A stretch of DNA of 62,601 nucleotides, the filler included, from Squatina squatina (Eukaryota), in assembly GCA_031763465.1 (NCBI GenBank). It is 4 parts of 4 records of this genome, joined end to end, with 100 filler letters (N's around TTAATTAATTAA, not from the genome) between each part and the next. Parts side by side here need not be neighbours in the genome. Positions count along the whole stretch, not along the records: positions 13,391 to 30,171 come from JARFOE010000121.1; positions 30,272 to 50,010 come from JARFOE010000004.1; 2 more parts are not named here. One strand, given 5' to 3'. Under the pieces are notes generated by a model. The model saw only the letters and a list, made by a program, of their open reading frames with translations. It ran no database searches and had not been told where the DNA came from. Numbering within the stretch: the first letter of the stretch is position 1; each line of letters starts with the position of its first letter. The position numbers were made by a program, and so were the translations under genes. Positions 23,245 to 35,413 of this stretch are shown here, piece by piece.

Positions 23245-25431
23245 CTGCACATAAAATAAAATTGGTATTTGATNNNNNNNNNNNNNNNNNNNNNNNNNNN
23301 NNNNNNNNNNNNNNNNNNNNNNNNNNNNNNNNNNNNNNNNNNNNNNNNNNNNNNNNNNNNNNNNNNNNNNNNNAAGGTTGAGCGATTATAATAAGGGATG
23401 CTCAAGAGGGCAGAATTTGAGGAACGCAGATCTCTCACCCAAGGATACACAGAAAGGCTTTCAACATAAAATAATTATTAATGCAACAATTAGTTATTGA
23501 TTAGCAATAATCAGTTAAACAATGTTGTACCTTTTTAAAGCCTCGTGTAATATTATGTATTTGGATTTCAAATGGCCAATTTGAGTTTCCGGGAGCTTTC
23601 CAGCAGAAAACAACTGAAAGTTAGAAAAGAAAGTTATGATTGAGCAATAGTGTATTGTATTATATATTTTAAAAAATCACGTCTCATGATTGTTGATTCT
23701 TACCCAATCTAATCAGTATTAGTAGAGAAAGAAAATTATTAATATTTCCATCTTTAATAGCTTTTCAAAATCTCATATACAATAAAATTAAATTTTTGCG
23801 CTTGTAATACTAGCAAACAAAAAGGCCCCAGAATTCTGTATGCTGCAATCGTAGCAGTTACGCTGGGATCGCATTTGATGATGTCCTCCAGCCCTGATCT
23901 TGATAAATTTTGTGGGGTCAGTGAGATGACATCTCTCTTGCATGGAGTTGATGAATGCCCATGTCATTATGGGTGAATCCTGAACACACACTCGCTTCCC
24001 ACTGACGGAAAGTTCTGTGTTCTCCGCAGAGGCCCCAGGCAGTCCTCCCCTCAGGCCTTTGGTTAAGGGGACTAAACTTAAAAAATCAACCTACCTTCAG
24101 GCCACTTCCCTTGCCTGGACCTCACCCCACCCCACTGATGGGGTCTTCTGGAGGAAGTATGTCTCATCTGACTCCATGAACCTTACACCTGGTCTGTTAT
24201 GGGTCAGGAATTAGGGCCTCCCAGCATAGAGACTTCCTGCCTCTGGCCCCACCACTCTGACATGATTGTTAGGGGAGGGAAGAGGCTCCATTCTATAAGG
24301 CTAACCAGGATATCTTAATTAAGTTTGGCACTTGGNNNNNNNNNNNNNNNNNNNNNNNNNNNNNNNNNNNNNNNNNNNNNNNNNNNNNNNNNNNNNNNNN
24401 NNNNNNNNNNNNNNNNNNNNNNNNNNNNNNNNNNNTTTCAATGTTCATAAACCACATGTCAGAAAAATGCTTGTTTCAATAAATATTTGAATGCCTGCAA
24501 GTTGATAGTTCCCCATTTATTTTCTCGGTTTGAAAGAGTATGGAAAAAAATTCTAAATGTGGTTTAGTGAATTTATGACAGGATGGGATTTAACCCATTA
24601 AATAATTAGTTTATTTTGTGCTGGAATTGCTAAACTGCACGTTTGCAAATAGAGTTTCCAGTCACACTTGGAAGCTCCCTTGAAGGAGGTAATGAACAGA
24701 TACAAAAAGAAATAAGCAAGCAATTCTGTCAATTCAGATCACGCTTGTGCATTTCTCAGTAGTCAGTTAAACAGTGGCAACAGTAAGGGGCTGGAAACCG
24801 AGCCACTTGTCTGCCCTTTTAGTTATAGAAATATTGCATGGCACCTGGAAAGAAGGAATCAAAAAGCACAAATCTTTCAGATGGTAGAACATGACATTTT
24901 CCCCCCCAATACACTGCACGATACAAAAAGCAAATGACAGTGTGCTTTTATTAATACAACAGAACCCCTTTAAAATGTTAGCTTTGGAATATATGAAAAT
25001 GTAGCAGTGGGTGTCAAACTAATGTGATATGTCATGGGATTTGTCCATTAGTAACATGCTTCCTATCAGAGATCATAGAATGCAAGTGGTTAGTGCATTG
25101 AGAAATTGACACTTGCTACCTTAAGTAGCTTAACAAATGTGAATTGATCATTTTTAACTTCAACAATNNNNNNNNNNNNNNNNNNNNNNNNNNNNNNNNN
25201 NNNNNNNNNNNNNNNNNNNNNNNNNNNNNNNNNNNNNNNNNNNNNNNNNNNNNNNNNNNNNNNNNNNAGTCATTTTCATTGCAGTTCAGGCAAAAAGTGC
25301 AGTCATAATGTTAACTTGCTTTGGGGTGAACAATGTGATGATCTTGGGCTCCTGTGTATGTGTGCTGGAGTGCACATACCTCATGTTGTCACATCAGCAC
25401 ACATGCTCACAATGACATCAACATATGTAGT

Positions 25432-26028
25432 GCAGTGTATTGTGAAATGAAAACTCTGGAAGGTGGCTGGACAGTAATACAGTCTCGCAAAGATGGGAGT
25501 GTCAATTTTAATCGCACCTGGGCAGATTACAAAAATGGTTTCGGGAACCTATCAACAGAATTTTGGCTAGGAAATGACAAAATACACTTTTTGACAAAAT
25601 CCAAGAACATGACCTTGAGAGTTGAAATTGAAGACTGGGATGGCCTCCAAGAATATGCCGAATACGATCAATTCTCTGTTGCAGGTGAAGATCACCATTA
25701 TCGCCTGACAGTTAATGGTTACACTGGCACAGCTGGTGATGCAATGCATTACAGCAAGAATTATAACCATGATCAAAAATATTTCACCACCAAAGACAAA
25801 GATAATGACATGTACCCTTCAGGTAACTGTGGGGCCTATTATAGTTCTGGCTGGTGGTTTGATGCTTGCATGTCTGCCAACCTCAATGGCAAGTATTATA
25901 AAAAGAACTACAAGGGCATACGAAATGGGATTTATTGGGGCACTTGGTACAATGCACCAAGTGAAACTCTGAATGGCTACCGCCATGCTTTTAAGTCAGT
26001 AAGAATGCTCATCAGGCCATGCCAATGA
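25432..26028 (+). CDS. FGL2: FGL2 (fibrinogen-like 2) last coding exon, fibrinogen C-terminal domain; 5' part missing
   Basis: VYCEMKTLEGGWTVIQSRKDGSVNFNRTW...EFWLGNDKIHFLTKSK...YNHD...DNDMYPSGNCGAYYSSGWWFDACMSANLNGKYY...NGIYWGTW, with FGL2-typical motifs. Lies antisense and 5' of the CCDC146 exons, as expected for the nested gene. Confidence 0.95.
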   Translation, partial: AVYCEMKTLEGGWTVIQSRKDGSVNFNRTWADYKNGFGNLSTEFWLGNDKIHFLTKSKNMTLRVEIEDWDGLQEYAEYDQFSVAGEDHHYRLTVNGYTGTAGDAMHYSKNYNHDQKYFTTKDKDNDMYPSGNCGAYYSSGWWFDACMSANLNGKYYKKNYKGIRNGIYWGTWYNAPSETLNGYRHAFKSVRMLIRPCQ

Positions 26029-26124
26029 TAAGATTCCAAAAGATTATAAAAATATTATTGGAAAACTTTCTCTATGCAACTTCTTTTAAGAGCTTTATTT
26101 TAAAACATACTCTATAATACTGGT

Positions 26125-26278
26125 GCCTCCCAGCTCTAATTCTCTACCACTTCCCTCAACCCCGCGACTACTTCATGCTGTCAGACTGCCTCTCTGAAAT
26201 CAAGTCATGGGTGAATCAAAATTTCCTCCAGCCAAACATTGAGAAGATTGAAGCCATCATTTTCAACCCTGCCATAAA
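26125..26278 (+). mobile_element. L2 LINE RT fragment
   Basis: LSDCLSEIKSWVNQNFLQPNIEKIEAIIF resembles L2 LS.CL.DI..WM..NFLQLN..KTEA. Confidence 0.8.
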
Positions 26279-27382
26279 NNNNNNNNNNNNNNNNNNNNNN
26301 NNNNNNNNNNNNNNNNNNNNNNNNNNNNNNNNNNNNNNNNNNNNNNNNNNNNNNNNNNNNNNNNNNNNNNNNNNNNNNCATGATCATATTGAATGGCGGA
26401 GCAGGCTTGAAGGGCGGACGGGCCTATTTCGGCTCCTATTTTCTATGTTAAGTTGGAAACTGTCAGTGTAATGATCAAAATCAAGCAGACCACCACGTGA
26501 GGAGTCACAGACTTCCCATCATGCCATAGTGCAACTTGATGCAATATTCTGACGAGTGGCTTTCAAGCTAGACAATAACTGGGATTGTGGCCTCGTTAAA
26601 ATAGTTGGACGACTCTGATGATGTTGGTTATTGAAAAATAAACTTGGATTACTTATGTGTGAACTGTTTTATTTTTGAACTGTTTAATTTGAGTCTAAAG
26701 CATACAAAACAGATGCATGCAGTATTCATAAATAAAGCACTACATTCAAGAGAGAAAAAACAGGAAAAAGAGTATAAGGGTATGGACTGTATGATACTAC
26801 AGATGCTTACACTAGACTGCTGCCAACTTGATTATGTATCAAATTTTTTAAAGTGAAGCACAATTGTTAATTATTCCTGGCAGCTCTGCCACTTGTATTT
26901 GTTGTGCGGGATATGACCAATATTTACTGTCCTTTTTCCAGGGATTCTGCCTGATCCACCCAACTGGATTTTACATCAGCTCACCTCAGTCACAGGGTAC
27001 TGAACCCTTCCTCCTGAGCCCTGGAAGTGAGACTGAGATCAAAACTTACAAAATGAGCAACATACAAGTGCTGAAAATCGGCAATAAAAAACAAAGCACT
27101 CGAAATGCGCAGCAGTCTGTCAGCAGCTGTGAAGAGATGTTTCAGCTATTAGCGTATCAAAACTTAGCCTGACACATTTTGAGCTTCAGTGCTTTTCTAC
27201 ATTGCTGTAATGATCTTGTAACTGTGTATTTTTTCTCCTTTTACAGACTGCCTTGCATGGAACAACTGGTTTAAATCAATCCAAAACCCAAATCACTTAA
27301 GGCTATTTCAGCTCTCAAATTTCACTGGATTCTTGCATATTATCAAGTCGTTACTGGTTACTGGGACCATCTGGATGTCAGG

Positions 27383-27712
27383 ATGCAAGCGGTTAGGATT
27401 ATTTTGTTGCTACTTCTTTGTAGAGCAGTAGAGTTCATGAAAACAAGGAATGGCAGGCACAGAAACAGAATGAGTAACTGTGGCGAGAAGTGCCTCAGAA
27501 GGAGATCCACTGATGTCAAAAGATTTGATGAGTTCCTACGCACCATATGCAGTGAGAGTCTGTACAAGAATGAGAAAATGGTGACTTGTCAAGATAAGCG
27601 AATCCTTACAATTCCTCCTAATTTGCCAGAGGATAGTGTTCATTTACAATTAGCAGGAAATAAGATCCAAACTTTAAAGGACTCAATGTTTTCAACATTA
27701 AAGAATATTTGA
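27383..27712 (+). CDS. LRRC17: LRRC17 first coding segment (signal peptide, basic pro-region, LRRNT, first LRR); ends prematurely
   Basis: Acceptor tttttctccttttacag| at 27246, 136-nt UTR, then MQAVRIILLLLLCRAVE...VKRF...CQDKRI...LPEDSVHLQLAGNKIQTLKDSMFSTLKN vs human MRVVTIVILLCFCKAAE...VKRY...CQERKL...WPQDLLHMLLARNKIRTLKNNMFSKFKK. Confidence 0.9.
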   Translation: MQAVRIILLLLLCRAVEFMKTRNGRHRNRMSNCGEKCLRRRSTDVKRFDEFLRTICSESLYKNEKMVTCQDKRILTIPPNLPEDSVHLQLAGNKIQTLKDSMFSTLKNI

Positions 27713-28581
27713 AAAGAAGCTCTTGTTGTTTCTCAATCATCCTTTGTTCCTGTACTTTAGGAGTCCTAGTTAGAGGTTGTCTGGATCAGATATTTTTCAT
27801 AGAATTCCCTCTTCAGTAGCTGTTGAAATAGATGCCCCTGATGCAATAACATACGAACAAAAGGCAAACATTCTGCACATTCAGGAGCTAATCAGCCAAG
27901 CTTGTCCTTAATCTCATTTTCATAGCCCAAAGCCATATCACTGTGTTGTTTGCAGAATCAGAAATTGATTCAATTCCCCTTCATTTCTTCAATTGAATGT
28001 ATTTTATGTGTAATAGGTGGCAGTCTATTCCACAAATCAATTCAAATGGAAGAAGTGACCGCTAAAGTTTGGTTTAGTTAGTGGGTTCTAAATTTTTAAG
28101 GTAGGCACTCTTTTTGAAAAATGATTTTAAAGCACCTACTTGTTGGCACTTTATCTACTAAAAAAGATTAGAGAACTAGGTATCAATAGATTAGAATAAA
28201 AACAGAAGAATCTGGAAACTCTCAACAAGCCAGAATGGCCCATTCCTGTTCCGATGTTCTGCCAAATTTAACAATTAACCCTTCTTAACGTCCAACTTTC
28301 CCTGAACTCTTCCCAGCTTCGTAGCTTCTTTTTAACATTCTATCTCCTTCCAAAACCTGCTACCTTCTAAAACCTTCTCTAAACTTCCCACCGACTTTTT
28401 GGTTTGGGTTTTGAAAAATATCACCTCTCTAAATGTTTAATTTAACAGGGGGACAACCGCTTTTCCACCTATATCTTTACTNNNNNNNNNNNNNNNNNNN
28501 NNNNNNNNNNNNNNNNNNNNNNNNNNNNNNNNNNNNNNNNNNNNNNNNNNNNNNNNNNNNNNNNNNNNNNNNNNNNNNNNN

Positions 28582-28805
28582 AATCCCTGGCCAACAAAAT
28601 CTAGGCAGCCTGGCCAAATGTGAAGCTCCAAAAAGATTTGCTGGTCATAAGTTGAAGACAATCAATGCGAACTTGCTCTGTCCTGATGCTGAGGGTGACA
28701 GCAGACCAGGCGAGGCTGTTGGCCTGGCACTTATCCAGAGTGTTGATTCCACAAAATGCAATATCTACCTTTTCCCAAAGTCAAGAATAGATTGTCAAAA
28801 TAAAG
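28582..28805 (+). CDS. LRRC17: LRRC17 3' part of the first coding exon (LRRCT and second LRRNT)
   Basis: IPGQQNLGSLAKCEAPK...VDSTKCNIYLFPKSRIDCQNK then AAAG|gttagt, vs human IPRNRNLGNYAKCESPQ...VDSTFCHNYVFPIQTLDCKRK. Confidence 0.9.
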
Positions 28806-29329
28806 GTTAGTATGACTGTCAAATTATGAACAGTATTGTGCTGAACTGTTAGCACTTAATTTGTGATTTAATAGTGGATTTAATAGTGCAAGCTCTTAAG
28901 GCAATGTACCTGGATCTTGGTATCTTCCAGAAGTCTGTCATACAATGACATAAAACTATTTTTTATCATGCACTTTTGGCACTATCCCAACCTATGTTTG
29001 TTCTTTATTAGTAACCGATCCAAAAAGCAAATGTTCAAGAACTGCAGGTTTATAAAGTGAATAACCACAAAATATGTAATTTAGTCAGGATTTACTTGAG
29101 TGTCTCTAAGTTGAAAATCCTAAGGGGGAGAAATTCGGGAGCGGCCCATTTGGGCCACCATCTTTTGAAAGCTATAAAAATTAGCGCCAGGTTCTAAAGA
29201 TTTTCAGTTTTCTNNNNNNNNNNNNNNNNNNNNNNNNNNNNNNNNNNNNNNNNNNNNNNNNNNNNNNNNNNNNNNNNNNNNNNNNNNNNNNNNNNNNNNN
29301 NNNNNNNNNNNNNCTTCAATGAGGACTTA

Positions 29330-29595
29330 GGTCTTGTGCATTCTCTCTCCCTTCTCATCATTAGTGTTCATGCCTTCAGCTGTCTGCGTCCTACTCTCTA
29401 GAATTCTATCCCTAAACCCCCTCCACTTCTCTCCCCTCCTTTCAGACCCTCCCTAAAACCTCTGACTTTTGCTTTTGCTCACCCCTCCTAATCTTTCCTT
29501 CTTTGTCTTAGCTTCTGTTTCTCCTCACATCCCTGTCAAGCATCTTGGGTTGTTTCTCTACATTACAGGCGCTATGTAAATGCAAGTTCTTGTTA
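29330..29595 (+). mobile_element. L2 LINE 3' end
   Basis: catgccttcagctgtctg...aaaccccctccacttct...ctgtcaagcatcttggg...ggcgctatgtaaatgcaagttcttgtt. Confidence 0.7.
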
Positions 29596-30171
29596 TTAAC
29601 ACCAGTGAGTGATGAATATTTCATCAGCATTTGCTGTTGCCACTGGGATATCCATTGGAACTTCACACTTCAAAATAAAATCACAGATAGGAAGGGAGAT
29701 GCGGGTTAAATGAATGAGAATTGAAGATTGACAAATGGCAACAAATATAACCTACACCTAATGAGGCTGTGTGATTTGTCTTGTCCTCATCAACAAACTT
29801 AACCATGTAGAACTACAACAAATGAATGCTACACAGATAAGACACCCTAAAAGGAGAATCATATCAACACTAACAACTTCAAAAACATCTTAAAGCAAAT
29901 GAATCCATGATGATTCTCTATGTTGGCAACCTGGACGTATTCCTGGAGCATGCATATTATGCTTAATAAGGAAGAGGTCTCTTTTTTCCAATGATTTTAT
30001 TAAATATATAAAATATAAAAATCAGAAATCAAGTCTGATGATTTTATTTATTTTCACCAAACAGCACCTACAAATGTACTCACCAAAAGCACTTCTTCAA
30101 TAAAAAGTTTGAATGCATATAATATGCTTTCTCATACAATTCTGGAGCAAGCTGCAAAAATATATTGAAAT

Positions 30172-30271
30172 NNNNNNNNNNNNNNNNNNNNNNNNNNNNN
30201 NNNNNNNNNNNNNNNTTAATTAATTAANNNNNNNNNNNNNNNNNNNNNNNNNNNNNNNNNNNNNNNNNNNN
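30172..30271. other. Artificial scaffold spacer (44N-TTAATTAATTAA-44N)
   Basis: 12-mer at 30216-30227. Confidence 0.97.
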
Positions 30272-33200
30272 AAGACAATGAAAGATAGTTTAACTTTCTA
30301 GTGATCATTGACACTTATTGCTGCTGCAACAACTCTATTCATTCAAATTTACCGAGGTTGTTACCAAATTAGGCTGGTGGATTCCAGTTAACAAGTGTTC
30401 ACACAGTCCACCTTCAGAGAGATTGCATGTGTGTAAGACATAAATATCCAGTTCAGGTCACAAGGAGCTATGACTGTTACAGATGTAGGTTACACTATCA
30501 TGCAAGTAGATATAAGGCAGTATGAGTCAGCTTCCATAAGATTAAGATGCTCAGACCACTTATGGGAGGATCTGAGCTAATGAACTCAACAAGTATCTAT
30601 GGTAGACTTGAATTTGTAACACTAATATTTCATTAATAGCTCATAAGCTAATTGTACAATGCCCTTTGAGGCGAATATGGCCAAATAGCTCGTAGTTGGC
30701 TTCATTACAGTATTTACATTCTTACTGATGATTGTCGTTTAAAAACAGTCAGGAATCAGGAAATCTAACATCCTGGCAAGTCACCACGAATTTAGAAATT
30801 GAACAAAATGAAAACAAAGCTGTTTGTTGCGGTATTATAAAAATGAACAGAAAATACAGAATGAGGTAAAATGCAGTAACACTAATTTGGGATTAAGTAA
30901 ACTAGCTAAGTAACTGTAGATATTCCAATAAATATTTTTGGAAAAAAAAACAGACACTAGATGGAGACATCAAAAGCATTTGGACTGGTTTGGCATGTTT
31001 TCCACTTAAAGTTAAGAAATATATTGAAATATATCTTAGAATATCTTTGTATTTGTTATCTATGGTTATAGTAGAGATAAATACAATTTTTTTCTGCATT
31101 TCANNNNNNNNNNNNNNNNNNNNNNNNNNNNNNNNNNNNNNNNNNNNNNNNNNNNNNNNNNNNNNNNNNNNNNNNNNNNNNNNNNNNNNNNNNNNNNNNN
31201 NNNAAGAGAGCACTGGGACATGATCGGGGCCATCGGGAAGGGTGGGAGAGAACATCAGGGCTGTGATCGGGGTCATCGGGAAGGCTCAAATTTTTAACCT
31301 GTTATTCCTTATTCTGCTTAATGCCAATTCATTTCAGATTGATGTGCTATGTTTTGACATGTACCCGATTCTGACTGTGTGCACTTCACAAAGTAAAGCA
31401 ATTGCTGTTTATCCTGTTCGTTCAGCTGTAACAACAGGAGCTGCAGTTTGGTAGATTTCAGTTTTTGGCTACATTAGTTCCTTAGTGGCTTAAAAGGGTA
31501 GCAAAGACCTTGGGGGGATCGGCAGGGAAATCATGATAAAGTGAAGTGAAGACAACAGTTAAAAATATGGCAAACTGCTTGCGTTTGAAATTCCCTAAAC
31601 AGCCATTGGTGGTGTTGACAATGTTTCAGCTCATCCCACAAGGACTTGACTTAGTCATGCCAAATCTGGAAAGACAAGAATCATAAACCTCCCAGAGTCT
31701 CAGTTTTTACTACTCTTTCATTTTGCTGTTTTACATTTTTTATTCATTTTGAAAGGTCATTTCACAGCTTGAAAATATAACAAATTGAATGCTTGTGCAC
31801 TTCGAAATGTTAAATGATTATGTAATTTTGATGTGTGTACATTCCATATGTAGCAAAGGTGAAGATAATGCAACTTTTCTGTTATATTGTTGAACAAATT
31901 ACAAAGTGCAGTTGAGTCTAGCTGAAACATACCTGAACTGGGCAAAAAAAAAGCCTGCGTACCAGCCTCATTTATTCCCATTACATGGAAGTTGTGATCA
32001 TGGGACTATGTGGCATAATTNNNNNNNNNNNNNNNNNNNNNNNNNNNNNNNNNNNNNNNNNNNNNNNNNNNNNNNNNNNNNNNNNNNNNNNNNNNNNNNN
32101 NNNNNNNNNNNNNNNNNNNNTATGGGTCATTCTTAGTGTTCCAGAAGCAAGTATTGATGGAAACAACATTGTGGTTGCAGGTTAACATTTCTTTCAAACA
32201 GTTCCTGGCATATTTGCAGAAGTGATGATTTTTCATGTGGAGTGGTCCTTTGCTACGTGCTTTTTAACCATTACTCTTGCTTTTCAAAAGCTAGGCGTGA
32301 AGACATATGATAATTGACTTGTGTAAGGTGGTTCAAGCAGTTTGGAAGAAGGAATATATTCAACAGCTTATTACTGGACATATGAATTACTTACATTTAT
32401 AGCAAGATATCAACCACTCTTGCCAGTGTGTGTTACGCTGATATGGAGGGTTATATAATCACCAGAAGCAACAACAGAAGACTGCTGTACTGAAATGAAT
32501 GCCGTGCTTGGCTTTCATCCTCCCACACAACCAACTGTGTTAACGATTTCAATTTCAAATGTCTTCTCAGCAACATGTGCAGCTGAAAGTGAGTTTGAAG
32601 ATGCTGAACTGTTGGATTCAGAGGCAACTGTTAACAATGGCAGAGAGAAGGCAGAGATGTTCAGTAGTGGAAATAGCTTCCTATACCACAGTGTTTTCCA
32701 ATAGCGATCACTAACTAGCCACAGATGTGGTTACGGCGACTCCGTTTTAGCCACGTGCACTAATTTTNNNNNNNNNNNNNNNNNNNNNNNNNNNNNNNNN
32801 NNNNNNNNNNNNNNNNNNNNNNNNNNNNNNNNNNNNNNNNNNNNNNNNNNNNNNNNNNNNNNNNNNNAGAACTACTTGTAAATGTAATCTGATAACAGTT
32901 GATTTATTTAAACAACTTACTTCCACTATATGATGCTGCACCCTTTTCAAAGACTCACTACAAATGTGAGTCTGCCTGGGTGGCAGAATGTCCTCGAACG
33001 CAGTCATAGTCCTTTCACTAATGGAACCTGAGTTCAATTTCAATCACAACAAGCAGAATGGAAATCTTTCTTTTGATTGGAGACATGCCGCTGCAGCGCA
33101 CTGATGTATCAAAGCACTTTGTCATGGAGTGATCGGATGTAGCTTTATAACCAAAAATCCCCACACGCTAAGTTTCCAGTCTCAGTCAGAGCTTCAAGGG

Positions 33201-33873
33201 GAGCTGTTGAGTGGCAATGAAGCAGTTTCCCATTGGGGAAGAAAGAAAATCATGCCATTCATGCACTTCCTAATTGCCAGTTACAGAGTTGCATTTGCAG
33301 AACTTTGGTGATAGGTCTTCTCCTCGATCCTTAGTCTAGATGAAGCTACTGTCCAATAAAGTTAGCTGGTTGGAAAATAGTAGTTGCTATTAATAGGAAA
33401 AAAATAATTAGCAAAGAAAAATTAATATAAATTTTGAAAAGTTAAAGGGCATCCAATTCGACTGCCCTGAGCTTCTGGCACTAACAGATGAATTGGAGAG
33501 CGATAGGTTCAGGCCTTTGAAATTTTTTTTAAAGTCAAGCAATTCCACACTTAGAAAAAAACTCACAGACAGCTTTATAAAACGTGCTAATTTCAGTGCT
33601 AAAGGGCCCATTCTTTATTTTGATTTTCTTAGTTTATTTCAGCTGACAAATTCCTAAATTGGCCTTAATTCTTCCAGTTACCTATCAGCCCACATCAATA
33701 CTTAAAGGAGGGCTATTCCCACACACAGCCACTGCTTAGGTCAGTATTGGAGGAGGAGGTGAGCAATCTGGTGNNNNNNNNNNNNNNNNNNNNNNNNNNN
33801 NNNNNNNNNNNNNNNNNNNNNNNNNNNNNNNNNNNNNNNNNNNNNNNNNNNNNNNNNNNNNNNNNNNNNNNNN

Positions 33874-33985
33874 GGTAACATTCTCCTTAATCAATACTGC
33901 CACCCCACCTCCTTTCTTTCTTGGATAATATTTAGTACCCAATCCTGCCATTTTTTTGAGCCAGGTCTCCATTATCGCATCCAAA
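33874..33985 (-). mobile_element. CR1 endonuclease fragment
   Basis: Minus strand AIMETWLK...KKGGGVAVLIKENVT. Confidence 0.75.
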
Positions 33986-34025
33986 AGCTTCAACTGCCAT
34001 TTTTACAGCCAAACGTCTGTTGCAG

Positions 34026-34196
34026 AGTTGGAGAAAAGACGAGAAGCAGAATTGCGGGCTAAAGAAGCAAGGGAGCGGGAGCTGCGTAAACGAGAGAAAT
34101 TGGAGGAGAAGGAGAGGCGCAGGAGGGAGTATGATGCACAGAAATTACAGAGATTCAGTGAGCCAAAGGAGGACAAACGTGGTGGTGTGTTGGAAA
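34026..34196 (+). CDS. LRRC59: LRRC59 coiled-coil exon, 171 bp
   Basis: ttgcag|AG...GAAA|gtaagt, phase 1-1. [38 protein letters not shown] vs human [38 protein letters not shown]. Confidence 0.93.
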
Positions 34197-34784
34197 GTAA
34201 GTGAAAGGTGGAAGGCAGGTGAGCTGTGCAAATTCATACAGAATTGCAAACTAAATCTTCTTCAGAATTCCATCTGCTGTGTGAGAGCTGTGGAAAAGTA
34301 CTGGAAATGTGCAGGCCCCTCATAGCAAGTTCACCATTCTGTCAATATAGAACTCCTGAAAATTAAAATCCCTTACTTCAACTATATTTTCCAGTTCCCC
34401 CATTTCCTCTTCCCTTGTCCCCTGTGGCAGGCTCGATCGCTTGCTGCGATTTGGTTCCATGGGCACCAGGCCCCTCCACTACAATGGCTGTTCCATTGGA
34501 ACTGGAATGTGAATTTTGACAGGCTTTCAATTGGGGAAGCCTTTCAAATCCAGTCTGATCCTGTCTTCACTTGGTGCTCACACATTCAGGGATCATTGGA
34601 TGGTGAGCAGCAGTGGGAGGCCAGGCTCACATTATTTGTTTTCTCCCTCCTTGCTACCTCTAGAAAGTTGTAGTGTGTCTAATGTAATTGACAAAATAAG
34701 AACATTCAAGAGATTCGAGCTCGGGTGTCTGGCCTGTGTGGCTTAGCAGCATGCTGAGCACAGCATTCGGAACATGCCAGGCAT

Positions 34785-35248
34785 GGGTACTTGGTAGCGT
34801 AGTGGTTAAGTTGCAGGACTAGTAATCCAGAGGCTTGAACTATTGATCCGGAGACATGAGTTCAAATCCCACCATGGCACGGAATTTAAATTCAGTTAAT
34901 TAAATAATCTGGAATTTAAAAAAAGCTAGTGTCAGTAATGGTGACCATGAAACTATTGGATTGCTGTAAAAACCCATCTGGTTCACTCATGTCCTTTAGG
35001 AAAAGGAATCTGCCATCCTTACCTGTTCTGGCCTATATGTGACTCCAGCCCCACAGCAACGTGGTTGACTCTTATGTGCCCTCTGAAATGGCCGAGCAAG
35101 CCACTCAGCTGTAAACAATCGCTACGAAAAATCACAAGGACTGCAGCGGTTCAAGAAGGCGGCTCATCACCACTAGGGCAACTAGAGATGGGCAATAAAT
35201 GCTGGCCTTGCCAGTGATGCCCACGACCCAGGAATGAATTTTTAAAAA
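34785..35248 (+). mobile_element. Near full-length tRNA-derived SINE (central domain resembles Meta/MESC core; LINE-like tail)
   Basis: A-box tagcgtagtggtt, B-box gagttcaaatcc, core aaaacccatctggttcact...ctggcctatatgtgactccag, tail with AATAAA and an A/T-rich end. Three copies in the window. Confidence 0.88.
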
Positions 35249-35413
35249 TTTGAATAAAGATGGCACATTCCAGTTCAAGTGAAGGGTTACACCCTGAGGC
35301 ATTAGCCGAGCTTCTCTCTTTTCAGATGCTGGTGAATCTGCTGTGCAAGTCTGTTTTGCATTTGGACTTGCACCACTTGCAGTTTCCTTTTCTTTCTACA
35401 GTACATTCTGTAC

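Noticed and set aside
34791-34875. tRNA gene (A and B boxes present)
   Set aside because: It is the head of a SINE, continuing into the SINE core, and does not form a full cloverleaf.
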